A stretch of DNA of 63,510 bases, the filler included, from Asterionella formosa (lineage: Eukaryota): assembly GCA_002256025.1 (NCBI GenBank). It is 29 parts of 29 records of this genome, joined end to end, with 100 filler letters (N's around TTAATTAATTAA, not from the genome) between each part and the next. Parts side by side here need not be neighbours in the genome. Positions count along the whole stretch, not along the records: positions 37,335 to 39,428 come from NKIB01000450.1; positions 39,529 to 41,605 come from NKIB01000451.1; positions 41,706 to 43,798 come from NKIB01000452.1; positions 43,899 to 45,991 come from NKIB01000453.1; positions 46,092 to 48,184 come from NKIB01000454.1; positions 48,285 to 50,376 come from NKIB01000455.1; 23 more parts are not named here. One strand, written 5' to 3'. The notes below the pieces were generated by a model, which saw nothing but the letters and a program-made list of their open reading frames with translations, did no database searches and was not told the origin of the DNA. The translations under genes and the position numbers were made by a program. This document shows positions 37,235-49,454 of this stretch, in pieces; the stretch's first letter is position 1; every line of letters begins with the position of its first letter.

Positions 37235-37957
37235 NNNNNNNNNNNNNNNNNNNNNNNNNNNNNNNNNNNNNNNNNNNNTTAATTAATTAANNNNNNNNNN
37301 NNNNNNNNNNNNNNNNNNNNNNNNNNNNNNNNNNGCCGATAACAACATGAAGTCGCGTTTTTCTTGCGAGGTGAAGAACTCTCTCATTTTTCACAAGACG
37401 GAAATAATTGTCATATTAATACATCTTAGAAAAATGTGCGCTATCCTGTAGAACTAAAGAAGTTTACTTAGGTCCATTATAAGGGAAATCTCTTCATTGT
37501 CCTGGGCCCCCCTTAAGTAAAATCAGTCAAATTCAGTCACGGCAGTGTACATTGGGGGGTCCAGGACAATGAAGTATACGGTAGTTTCTTTGATAGAAGT
37601 AGGCGAGGAGACTTCCTTGTTGTAGATTCAGGAGTTAAGGGAGCTCCTTTTCTTTTCAAATACTTCGTCAATTCTTCGGATGAATTTTTGCTATACTCCA
37701 TCATGTCATGAAGATCAATAGTCTTTAACCAATTCTTAATGAGTGTAATACTGATCACCTTTCTTTTGTTTCTGTATCACTAAAAATATTGATCCTCAAC
37801 TCGCTAGGCTCCATATATTTCATTATAGAACTATATCTACCCTGTATCTTGCAAAAAATGGCGTTCAAAATATGCAATCACGATCATATAACAAGAAGCA
37901 AGGTCGGACCAAAAAAATTCTCGATGATCATTTTTTGCATGGCTATATACATATTTT

Positions 37958-38295
37958 TTAAAGTATTCTTACCTTTTTAGATAGATCTATATCATTTGAC
38001 AAAGGAGGCTATAGATAGAGGCGTTTGTTTCTCTTTCGTTTCTAAATTCTTATTGTGAGTTACTAAACTGGTTTAGGTTCTTCAGTTTAAATAAACAAAC
38101 GAATTATTCTCCAAATGCTGTTGTCATTTCTAGAATCATACATTCATGGATAGACCCATGTCCATCTCACACTTACTGATCATAGGTTTATTACCATTGA
38201 TCATTCAATTCAAATTATCGGTCTACCGAATGACATGTGGTTGATGAGAGCTTGTTGGTACATCAAAGTCGACTCATTTGACTATGAGTCATACT
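37958..38295 (-). repeat. Diverged LTR of the 49002 family
   Basis: Reverse-complement similarity to ~49050-49418. Confidence 0.8.
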
Positions 38296-38648
38296 AACTT
38301 CCTGGATAAGCTCACTTGACCACATATTCAGCTAAGTCATGATACATTATTTTCCTCATAGTGATGAAGTTCTGTATATAGGCAGTCTATGATGAATAAA
38401 AACGTGCTAATCTATATACCGGTGGGTATAGTCCCATATTGCAATACTGGTATTAGAAGTACTAGATTTGCGAAATGATCACGAAGAACGAGTGTTACAT
38501 GTGAATGCCTTGTTGTGAAAAGGGCACTATAATTGACATGTCGTTTTGTGCAATGTAGCTAACAGAAATAATAATGGCCTTGTAGACCTCTGGCAGAGAT
38601 TAGCATACTGCTACATTTTTACTGTAATTAGAGTGGATCATGCCACAG

Positions 38649-38956
38649 TGTTGCAAAATCTATTTTCCCCGACATACCATAGGCCCTGAACCTATGATTG
38701 TTTCAAGAATCGGTTATATTCGATTGAGTTGAAGGTAAGAAGAAAGTCGGATCAAACTTCGTTCTTACTAACTGGATTGTTTCGAGATAATGATCTTGAA
38801 ACAAATCTTATCTACTTCTGTGTGGTTGGTGTACCTCTACGCACCACCTCAGACCAAGTAAGTGGTACTGTCGAATCTTCTCTCCTTGTAACTAGTGTGC
38901 CAGTATCGGTACCCGGAGTTCCTGTCCCACAGTTATCAGGTCGCCATTTTTCAACA
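38649..38956 (-). repeat. 3' LTR related to 46284-46635
   Basis: On minus: GAGGAGCG|TGTTGAAAAA...CATTATCTCGAAACAATCCAGTTAGTAA...TAGGTTCAGGGCCTA...TTGCAACA. Confidence 0.85.
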
Positions 38957-39428
38957 CGCTCCTCGGCCGATGGCAGTGGGTTCATGGTCAGGGTGTCGAT
39001 GTGTTTGTACCCTAGGATCACGTCACGGAATTTTCGAAAAAGGGCTCCTTGCAATGGTTTTGTAAAAAAATCCGCTAGCATCCGCAAAGTTGGGCAGTGT
39101 CGTATGGTAATTTTGTTGTCCTTGATGCGGTCCTTAATCCAAAAATAACGTATGTCAATATGCCTAGATTTAGGTCCTGCCGACATTCTTCCATTCTTCT
39201 CAAGCTTGATGGCACTCTCGTTATCCTGTTCAAGGAAATTTTCAACAATCATATGTCCTTGTGCCATGAGGAACATCTTCACCCACATGACGTTAGGCAA
39301 GTAATCACTAGCTCCCACAAGTTCTGCCTCCGTCGAGCTTTTTGTATTGAGCTTTTGCTTACTTGACTTACATATGATGCCTCCAGTCCCAAAGGACATC
39401 ACTCCTCCTGTGTGGCTCTTCATGTCGG
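38812..39428 (-). mobile_element. CoDi-like Copia RNase H; ORF reads into the 3' LTR
   Basis: MKSHTGG, SSKQKLNTKSSTEAELVG, QDNESAIKLEKNG, SRHIDIRYFW, MLADFFTKPLQG. Confidence 0.95.
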
Positions 39429-40318
39429 NNNNNNNNNNNNNNNNNNNNNNNNNNNNNNNNNNNNNNNNNNNNTTAATTAATTAANNNNNNNNNNNNNNNN
39501 NNNNNNNNNNNNNNNNNNNNNNNNNNNNTCGCTGTTCAAAGTCTTCGGCAGGAGAAGATGGAGGAGATCCATCGTCCATGTCTTCTTCATTCGTCTCGGC
39601 AGGCGACAAAGCCCGATGATCCATCATGTTGTTAGAGTGTTGCTGTTGGCTGCGATACTCTGTCGGAGTATTTCGTAAGGACAACGCGATGATATTGTTA
39701 TCAAAAAAATCTGTTTGTTTTCGTACGGATGCTGATATTCGAATCAAAGGATGTTTGTTTAGGAGCCAAGTCTATGATGGAACAAAATCAAGACTTTATG
39801 AAAATACGGAAGATGGCGGAAATGGCGGAAAGGAGGATTTAGCACTTGTTGTTCGTTCCTCAATTCGGCGAGAATGACAAGGAAATGCATCCAGCTACCG
39901 GGGAGTTCCGTGTAAGTCCGAATATGGCGAATATTTGTCCGTAAATATTTTATCAAACCAGCCATACGTGAGCAAACCTTAAAAATGGCTTACCGTTATG
40001 TTCATTATGTAGCAGTACGGCGTAGTTGTACCGGTAGGTAACTTTTGTTCAAATTGTGTACATACCATCATACTGGGTACCAGGTGAGCAATCCTGCACA
40101 TCGATACAGATGTATTTAGGGTTAGGGTTATATCAAATATATCGGAATTGTATAATGAGAGAACTCGACTAACACCCATTCTATACTTTGATGTCAGTTC
40201 AGGAAATGAGTTGTACATAAGGATTAATTAATAAACTCATATATTCAACAAATACTACTACTTCTAGTTAGATACTTCACTTTGAATTCAAAAAGAGTCG
40301 AATTAGAAGACAACAAAC

Positions 40319-41605
40319 ATGGCAATGTATTCAAGGGTTCCTGTGATTCCTTTGATCAAAGACTACAATGTATTGACTATCAAAACTAAAACGTTCAGAG
40401 TTGCTTTAACCGGTGGAAGGTTTGAATCGTTTGATCAAGATATGATCGATGGAAGCTCAGTGGAAGCATTGTTAATTGGAGTGAGTCAATTTCGTGACAT
40501 GGCTAACACATGTGACTTTAGCCCTGCAGATACCTTTTCCTATTTTAAAAGGTGTTTGACAGACATTGCCTTATCGGATTGGTTGAATGTGGAAGTACAC
40601 CCAGAAGATCAATCTTACGATGGCTTTATGGTTAGACAATCGTTTACCAAATGAGAGTTTTCAACATCAACGACAATGGATGCTACGTTATTTATCTAAA
40701 CCCTTTTCCATCTTGGTAATGGATTACGGAGCTCGTATTAAAACTCTAAACAGGCTACTTCAACTAATGCCTCATCCAGAAGATCAAGTTGGATTGTCAA
40801 AAGAAGATATACGGATTATCATTATCCGTTCTATGCCCGATGAGTGGCAACAAGAGTTTGAATTAAATCATGCAAAGACTTCAGACCAATCGATTCGCTC
40901 GGTTCTCGCTTACTTCGAGAGTCAACAATCGTTTAAGGACCGAAACAAGCATCTTCCCAAGAACAGTTTTCAAACAATCGCACAGAACCGTCTTCGCATT
41001 GCTGAAGGCAATCGTGTGATGCGTCAAGAAAACGAGCGTGTCAGTCGTCAATTCTACAAGGATAATTTTACTCCAACCCTTGCTATTGTCAATGCAGCCG
41101 GACGCGCATGGGATCGTCAGGCAACTGTTCGTCATCAAGCTCTACAAGCCAGTCGTACGTACCATGATTATCGTGGTCCTTGCCCGGTACATCCTGAAGG
41201 TGTACATACTTGGGGCAATTGTTTCCAGAATCCTCGTACTCAAGGTGGTCGAGCAGGTCGTATGACTGGTCGTCATATTAATGGACGTGGCCGTTCCAGT
41301 TTTGGTAGACGAGGACATTTTGGTGGTCGTGGAGGCGGTGCACACAGCAATCCTACGGAAAGCTATCATACTGACACTGCTAACCCTGTGCCTGTTCCAC
41401 ATGCTCGTATGTTAAATGCATGGGGTCATAATACTCGTCCATCCGGTTGGGGTACCGTGCCACGTGCCGATCCTACCGAGAATACATCTGCCCAGGAAAT
41501 TTCAGTGGTCACGAACCCTCCTGCTGGCCAGATAGTGACTTTTGTCCCTACTATACAACAGCAGATTGCTGATCGCCATTACAGAGGTATGTGCGATAAT
41601 AGCGA
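40319..41605 (+). mobile_element. Gypsy gag with a frameshift near 40625; continues into pol at 21881-19786
   Basis: FKRCL, Q..WM..L.KP, RIKTLNRLL..MP, SMPDEWQ, CPVH....HTWGNC knuckle variant; last 42 nt overlap the start of the pol contig. Confidence 0.85.
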
Positions 41606-41705
41606 NNNNNNNNNNNNNNNNNNNNNNNNNNNNNNNNNNNNNNNNNNNNTTAATTAATTAANNNNNNNNNNNNNNNNNNNNNNNNNNNNNNNNNNNNNNN
41701 NNNNN

Positions 41706-43798
41706 TAGCTGAATGGGTACGATATGTCTGCCAGAGTAAGACAAGTTTCTGACCAAAATCTCATGTCCACACCAAGTGCACACTTCGTCGACATGAGTAT
41801 ACAATGTTGGCAGTTTACGTGTGAGAGTGCTCTTCCTCACCATATCAGAAATCAATTGAGTCCTCATCGTCGCAGTCGTCTTCCGAATCGTTGTATGCGT
41901 CGTTTGAATAGATAAAAACTTCTTTTGAATCTAGCGATTCTTCCGAGTCGTCGTATGTTTCTTAGGCGCAGCATGAAAAGCGTAATGTTAGAGAAATATA
42001 AAGGGGAAGCAAAATAGGAATTTGACTGGGGACGGGGACCTGTTGTTATGAAAACTGTTTGACACTTTTATTTTTATGTACCTGTAGTAAGTTCAAAAAA
42101 GCATGTTCTTCCAACGAATCCCTCCTGCTGATTTTGAATTTGGTGTTGGGTCTGGTTTATTTTGCTCAGACATGTTCTCCGTTCTTAAAGGACCCAATTG
42201 TGAACATTGCTTTTATGAATATAATAATCATAAATATACATTGAATTTTATTTTATCAGAGTATCATTTTTGATAGAGTCGGCTGGGCGATGCTGGTACG
42301 AGGACGAACTGATATGTATTGGAACCATTTACCTACTTTACTTTACGATTCGGCTCGATCCTCACAAGAATCAAATTCCTTGCTGATACATATGGGTTCC
42401 CTGAGGAAGGCGGACCGATCATACCAGCTTACTACCGGTAAGTATGTACCGGTACCTGTGAAAGTTGCGGTCATTTTGCTTAATTAAATAGACAATTTCA
42501 TTTAGGATAAAGTAAGATAAATCTTTTGTTGAGGAAAATTACCGCAACATGCAGGTACCAGGAAACCCTGGAATAATGCATACCCGGTATTCCGATGGGC
42601 GAAAACAATTGCGGGTACCTACCTGGTGCTGTATATAATACGGTAGGATTACTGGTGGTACCTGGTACCAGACACCGGTACATAGCTTTGTACCCTTGTT
42701 CTAAAGCTACACAGGTATACCTGTTAGTCTGGTACCCAGAAAGAACTCAAAATTTAAAGGGTTCATTCCCGTAACAGTAATTGCAGTCGTGACGTGACGG
42801 AATATCAGCTGAAATGAGTACTTTGTACCAGTACCAGGTAGTATGTATTGTTATGTCCACACAGGCATTCAGTCAATCCATGTCCGTACGAACACACTGT
42901 ACATTTGATACAAACGCAATTGTAAGACAGCTGCCGGAGTGTACCTGGTACCGAAATACGGGTTTGTACCTACCGCTAGTCCTATATGCACCGGTGTATA
43001 TATATTCATAGCACCTGGTACCAGTACCAGCAGGACCGCTATCTGGTACCGTAGATGAAATTCATTTATTGGGCGGAACGAAATTCTATCGTCCCCGGAC
43101 TCCTTCGACTTCAGTACATACATGCTTGATTGTTTGCTGTTCGCTCTTCGAAGGGCTTCTACCTTACATACCCACTGTAGGAAATCTACGGGGAGACTAA
43201 TTTTCTACACTTCGATCTTCGTCGCCGCTGCATCATTGCTTGCTTGTCGTTACTCAACGTTCAGAAGTTGGACAGGCTGCACGATACTCGTCATTTCGTT
43301 CATTTTAAATTTTAAGCATCCATTCAATACCATTACCATGAACCCTGAATAGTGAGTCCAACCATGGCGTACATGAACACTGGTGTTGTCCCGTTGAGGG
43401 AGAAAGAGAATCGGTGAAAGAGAGGAACCCATGGAAGCTGTGAGAACGAGAATTCGCAGGCAGTCTCTTTGCGAATTATTTAGCAGTCATTCGCAAGCAA
43501 TCAAGTTGCTCCAGGGTAGTTCCAGGCCATGGCGAAGTGGCCTGGACAAGTGGCCTGCGATTCTATTCGTTAGGAATTAGCCCTGGCAGAGCAAAGATAA
43601 GGACGCTTTTTCCCCCGATAGTCCTGCAATGACAAGGACGTGTGTATGTCTTGGAACGAGGGGTCGTAAGGTGCAATCATGAGGCATGCAAAGATTTCTG
43701 GTTTGCACGTTTCTAACATTGTTTTTCTCCTTTTCTTGTTCCTTCTCCCCAAAACAGCGATTACCTCTTCAAGCTTCTGCTTATCGGAGACTCTGGTG
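41706..43798. repeat. Near-duplicate of 24177-26271, containing the MITE copy at 42455-42555
   Basis: Same end points and collinear sequence. Confidence 0.9.
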
Positions 43799-43905
43799 NN
43801 NNNNNNNNNNNNNNNNNNNNNNNNNNNNNNNNNNNNNNNNNNTTAATTAATTAANNNNNNNNNNNNNNNNNNNNNNNNNNNNNNNNNNNNNNNNNNNNCC
43901 CCCCG

Positions 43906-43942
<37 letters not shown>

Positions 43943-44489
43943 CCTCTAGAGGCAGGAGGTCTAGCGTTAAATAGTATTTAACAAGCATAATTCGTACATT
44001 ACAATTTAATTAAATTCAGAATTTGCAATTGTATGATGGTTCAATATAAACATGATAAAAGTAAGGAATAATGATTTTGAAACCAACTAGCTTTATCCTG
44101 TTGACAAATACCATAGAGAGCTACTACAGATACATATTGTCTACCATGAGAAAAGGTAGCTTACTATCGTTCTTACTGGTGTGATACTTCCATTGTAAGT
44201 GTGGGTACTGTGGTACATATACCGGTATACCTATGATCTATGATAGGTGCAGGTTGTTGAGGGGAAACTTGTTATTAGTAGCGAAGGTGAGCTACAATAT
44301 TATGACTACTGGTACTATGTTCTATTGCTGTCGTTCGATTATTGCATTATTTAGTATCTGGTACCTGGTATCGTGGTACATCATTCCCAGTGATTAACAC
44401 AGGTCTCACATATACTATTGAGAGCGAGTCGTGCGAGGAAGGCTGGCACGATTCCGTTGAGGCTTGGCTTCTGCTCTTGACCCTTGCTA

Positions 44490-44722
44490 CTTAAGTTAAA
44501 AAAGAATAAGCATCTAGTGCTTGCTTAAATTAAAAGTAAATAAGCGTTTGGTGCTAAAGTTAGCTATAAGTAAATAAGCGTTTGGTGCTTAAGTTAAAAG
44601 TAAATAAGCGTTTGGTGCTTAAGTTATAAGTAAATAAGCATTTGGTGCTTCCTTAAGTTAAAATTTTATAAGCGTTTTGTGCTTAAGTTGAAAGTTAATT
44701 CTGGTAAGCATTTGGTACTTAA
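44490..44722. repeat. ~30-34-bp tandem repeat, ~7 units (AAGTAAATAAGCGTTTGGTGCTTAAGTTAW)
   Basis: Read directly; a TCAT-type microsatellite also lies at ~45070-45168. Confidence 0.9.
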
Positions 44723-45121
44723 GGCCGCTGCTAACCGTGGACAAAAACATCAAGCAAACAGTGTTTCGGTTTCTGTAACCCTAGAATGCGATGCTATATG
44801 TATAGGGAGTGAAAATCCGAAAGCAAAGGCGTTCTTCTTTGCACTACTGGTAGGAGATTCCGTGCCTAAATGCATCCCAATACATTTCACCTACAAAACG
44901 CATAATTACCACGTTGTTTATGTAACTTTTTCCAAAGTGGTTACCTATACGAAGTACCAGTAGAATTCCATTTTGACTACTGGTACTTAGAATGGAGCAA
45001 GCACAAACCCAATCATGACACGACTGATATTCTGCTTATCTTCGAGTCAATATGCCAGTATATTGCGTCCTTGTTCATTGTTCCTTGTTCATCGTTCATT
45101 GTTCATTGTTCATTGTTCATC

Positions 45122-45159
<38 letters not shown>

Positions 45160-46283
45160 CATCATCATTATGTCAGCAACAATTACAACAAATCGCTGAT
45201 AATTTGCCGACAGTGGTCATGACATCATTCCCTCAATTGCTATTGTATACTAATCAAATACATAGAATCGAATAGTCGTTAGCGTATTGCAAACGATTTT
45301 TATTGTAGCAACTACATTTCTTTGGAGGAATGGCTTAGTGGTTAGCACACCCACTTCGACAACCCTGAACAATATTTTATTTTTGCCTTAGGGTTGAAAT
45401 GCAGGAACCTTGAGTTATACGTTTCCTTGGTGGAAAGGCCGGCATGCATGCATTTTACCCCGCTGGCCCATCCCAAAGGAAGTCGACTTATAACGCTTTT
45501 AGTTTTGCGGCGAACCTTTTTAAACGTATGTCAACAATTCTCTTCAATGTGTGAAGGCACATTTTCCGTATGTCCCTGGTACCAGCTACTGGTATCTGGG
45601 GCGGAGTAACTGGTAACTACCGTTACAGGTACCAGGGAGTACTCCAAGGCAATGCTGGTATACTATTGGCCGAACATTATATACCGTTGCCGGTACATAT
45701 GTGCATACGACGACAAATGATTCACAGAACAGGATCAAACAAACATGCGGTTTGTACAAGCGTCGTCTGTTCTTGATAGTCCAATTTTTGGGGAGACAAA
45801 ACTCCCATTTTTCTGCCCTGATTAAGAAGCCTTTTTCTTTTACAGCTATTCCGTAGAACCTGGATGGTGTCTCGTACCCCTTTACTTAGAGGGGAGTACA
45901 AAACATTGGACCTTTTTTGATCGTCAGACATTATGAAAAAGCAAACTAAAACGTTTCTTCATTTTCTAACATTTTCTAAAACATAAATAGCNNNNNNNNN
46001 NNNNNNNNNNNNNNNNNNNNNNNNNNNNNNNNNNNTTAATTAATTAANNNNNNNNNNNNNNNNNNNNNNNNNNNNNNNNNNNNNNNNNNNNTTTGTGGAT
46101 GCGGATATCGGCGCCAACAACTGCTTGTGCTGTTTGTTCTTTGGCAGTCGATATCAAGGGAAAATGTGATAGAGGAAAAAATAATAATTGAATCGAAATT
46201 AGGTACTCTTTACTTAATTATGTGGTGAGACCAGCATAATATTGCCGTGAAGTGGCGTAATTTCGCCATTATACCGTTATGAG

Positions 46284-46635
46284 TGTTGAAAAAATTCGAG
46301 CTGACTGCCACAGGACAGGCGTGAAGGGTATAGTAGACACGAGAGAGTACAGTACTACAGTTAAAACCGTACAGCCGCTACCAAGAGTTACCTGGGCTGA
46401 CGTGGTAAAAGGCACCACGCAAGGAAAAGCAATCAGAGGTCAAGAAAAAATGTTAAAATGCAGTGTGAGTAATAAGAGTGTTTCGAGACCATTATCTCGA
46501 AACAATCCAGTTAGTAAAGTGAAAGTTTAAGTTTGACAACTTCTTCGTTGCTATCAATTTCATCAACTGTATTCGATTAACACAGTACTAGGTTCAAGGC
46601 CTACGATACGGTCGAATACGGTAGTTGTTACAACA
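46284..46635 (+). repeat. 5' LTR of CoDi-like Copia
   Basis: TGTTGAAAAA...TTACAACA; 3' boundary fixed by alignment with the 3' LTR at 38956-38649. Confidence 0.85.
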
Positions 46636-46649
46636 TTGTTTCGAGATAA
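46636..46649 (+). promoter_or_regulatory. Non-tRNA primer-binding site complementary to LTR 46492-46505
   Basis: TTGTTTCGAGATAA abuts the LTR end and is the exact reverse complement of TTATCTCGAAACAA. Confidence 0.75.
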
Positions 46650-46788
46650 AATAAAACAAAAGGAACAGCCATTCACATGGAAGGCTGGAGTTTCAACATT
46701 TTAATCTAATCAAGTTTTTTGAACACTTTATAGATTCGAGTAGCGCAGCTGAAGGCCGCAGCCACCAATCAAGGAACCAACAAACCCC

Positions 46789-48184
46789 ATGAGCGCCACC
46801 CCAGACGCAACGACAAGCGGCAGCTTAGCGAGTGGACGCGGCAGCACCGGTGGGAGAGGGCGAAGGGACAACCGTCCGCGCGGGAGCCGTGGCGGCCGGG
46901 CAAGGACACAAGCGACAAGCAACAACCGTGGCATTTTTAAGGGTAGCACAGAGGGCATGAACGGAAACGTATTTGAATGCTATGAAGAACAAAGCGACAG
47001 ACGCCAGTACGCCAAAACGTTAGAAGTTCTAGACGGATATGTGAGGAAAACACTGAAGTACTCTGAAGACCTTGCCCCTTTGTTTGCCGACACCATGGCG
47101 GTTCCCATGGTAGACATGCCAGATGACCTAGATGACGATGCAGGACTGACCATGAAAATGATTTTCGCAGAAGAAGTAAAAACGTATGTCAAGCGCAATC
47201 ATACCCTGAAGAGCAACCTAGCAACAGTGTATGCGGTGATTTGGGGCCAGTGTAGTGATGACATGAAGGCAAAGATCAAAACGCACGATGACTACAAGGA
47301 CAAGACTGTCAACAACGATTGTTTTTGGCTTCTAAAACAGATCAAGTCAATTACTCTACAGTTCGATCAGAGCAGGAATGGTTTCATTGCACTTTTGGAC
47401 GCCCAGACCAGCTTCCTCAATTGTCGTCAGTTACAAGGACAGTCTGCAGAAGACTACGTCGAGTGTTTGCGAGGATGGGCTGAGACCATCGAGTACCATG
47501 GTGGCACCGTGGCAGCAAATTACAAACTGGTACCCTTCCAGGATCAGGACGGGAATGGGCGTAGCACTGAAGAGCGAAAGGAGATCGCACGCGAACGCAC
47601 CCTTGCAATCGCTTTGATTCGAAGTGCTGACCCCACCAGGTATGGCACCCTCATTACTGACCTGTCGAACCAGTATGCAATGGGAATTGATCAGTACCCC
47701 ACCGATTTATTGTCAGCCCAAAGCCTTCTCGTCAACTACAGAACTCCAACGAACACCAGCGTCAGGACAGACACACCACGCTCCCAGCCGACTGGAAGCC
47801 CTGAGGCCAGTGCAATGACGTTTGCGCAACGTGGCGAAATCGCAGGAAACAATGGAGTGTTACATGATGGCATCATCTGTTACAACTGCCAGAGCCTAGG
47901 ACACTACGCGGGAGACTGCCCTGACAGGCAGGGATCGACGACCTCAGGCACTACATTGACGCAGTATGCATACATGCTTGCACAGACCGGCGACCCTGGG
48001 ATTGATCCCAAGTGGATCCTTCTCGACTCGCAGTCGACAATCTCCGTGTTCAAGAATGCCGACATGCTCAGCAACATCCGGCGTAGCCCTTACGTACTCA
48101 GGGCGCTCACAAATGGGGGCTACCAGGACTCCAACATGGTAGGAGATTTTCCCAATTTGGGTAAGGTTTGGTACAACCGTGAAT
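46789..48184 (+). mobile_element. CoDi-like Copia gag-protease, uninterrupted, 3' partial
   Basis: RGG-rich N-terminus, FKG..EGMNGNVF, YAVIWGQCS, CYNCQSLGHYAGDC, WILLDSQSTISVF, TNGG. Confidence 0.95.
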
Positions 48185-49001
48185 NNNNNNNNNNNNNNNN
48201 NNNNNNNNNNNNNNNNNNNNNNNNNNNNTTAATTAATTAANNNNNNNNNNNNNNNNNNNNNNNNNNNNNNNNNNNNNNNNNNNNGAAAAGCTGAACCCAA
48301 TCTTGACCTACATCGTTATGTAGCGTAAATGGTCTGGTTTCTGCAACCATGCGCATCGCTGTAGTAGCCTGACACCAGTAGCAGTATTTCCGCCACAGTC
48401 ATTCCTCTCCGTTGCCCACCAAACAAGCAACCCTGATCATTCCATTCTGAGCAAGCGTGATCGCCACGCTGCTCCAGAACTATTGACTCTCTCTAGCTGA
48501 GTATTCTTCATGTAGCTTCTGATACGAACTCGTGGTAGAATTGTAGCAAAGCGCGTTAGTACAAGAAATGCAGTGCTTGGCGGCAATATTGACATCATTG
48601 TCAACGACTATACAAATCAGCAAATACGATCAACAACGGCACAATACCACATCTTCAATGAGTAGTCATTGATAAATTCATTGGTTCTCATGTATATATG
48701 TACAATCGAAACAAAACGACAGTGCGTAACGACAAACAACGATGGAAGCGATCAAAACAAACCACGGAAGCAATCAAATCGGAAAGTCGATAAATACGAT
48801 CTACAATCCACATTCAGTATTTCACTGTTGTACTCACCGATCCGCTTCAACTGGCATAACAAGCAGCAGACGATGGGATTAAGGAAAGACGAACGTTGCC
48901 TATTGCAAGCCCGAATAGAGCAAAGGCAGGCAAGATAGAGTGAGAACTATATTTGTGAGGACGAAATCGGGCATACGGTACGTAAAATCAATGAATATGT
49001 G

Positions 49002-49422
49002 TGTTAAAGTGAGCTCATCTACGTAGTTAGGACTCGGAGTCAAACGAGTCAAACGATTCGAATGAGTCCACTTTGATGTACCAAGCTCTCATCAACCACA
49101 CATTATACTTTGCTACTCCGACTATAATGAGCCGGACAACATAAGCTATTTCGGAAGACCGATAGTTTGAAATGAATGATCATGGTTAAATACCTATGAT
49201 CAGTAAGTGTGAGATAGACATGGGTCTATCTATGATTGTATGTTCCTAGAAATGCAAACAGCATTTGGAGAATAGTTCGTTTGTTTTGTTCAAACAGAAC
49301 AACCTAAACTAGATTAGTAAACTCACAATAAGAATATAGAAACGGAAAGAGAAACGAACGTCTCTATCTATAGTCTTCTTTGTCTAACGATATAGATCTA
49401 TACAAAAAGTAATACTTTAACA
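49002..49422 (+). repeat. 5' LTR of a Copia element
   Basis: TGTTAAAGT...ACTTTAACA terminal inverted repeat; end confirmed by the copy at 11124. Confidence 0.9.
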
Positions 49423-49454
49423 CGTTTATAAACGGACTTAAGTGTTTAAACAGC

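Noticed and set aside
40115..40132. TTAGGGTTAGGGTT telomere-like motif
   Set aside because: Only two units, internal to a probable LTR region
40005..40318. Gypsy 5' LTR and possible self-priming PBS
   Set aside because: No second copy to fix the boundaries, and only short complementarities were found
43899..43940. Poly-C tract
   Set aside because: At a contig edge; likely a sequencing or assembly break
46691..46698. TTTCAACA as the LTR end (better inverted match to TGTTGAAA)
   Set aside because: Similarity to the related 3' LTR stops at CAACA 46635; not fully excluded without the element's own 3' LTR
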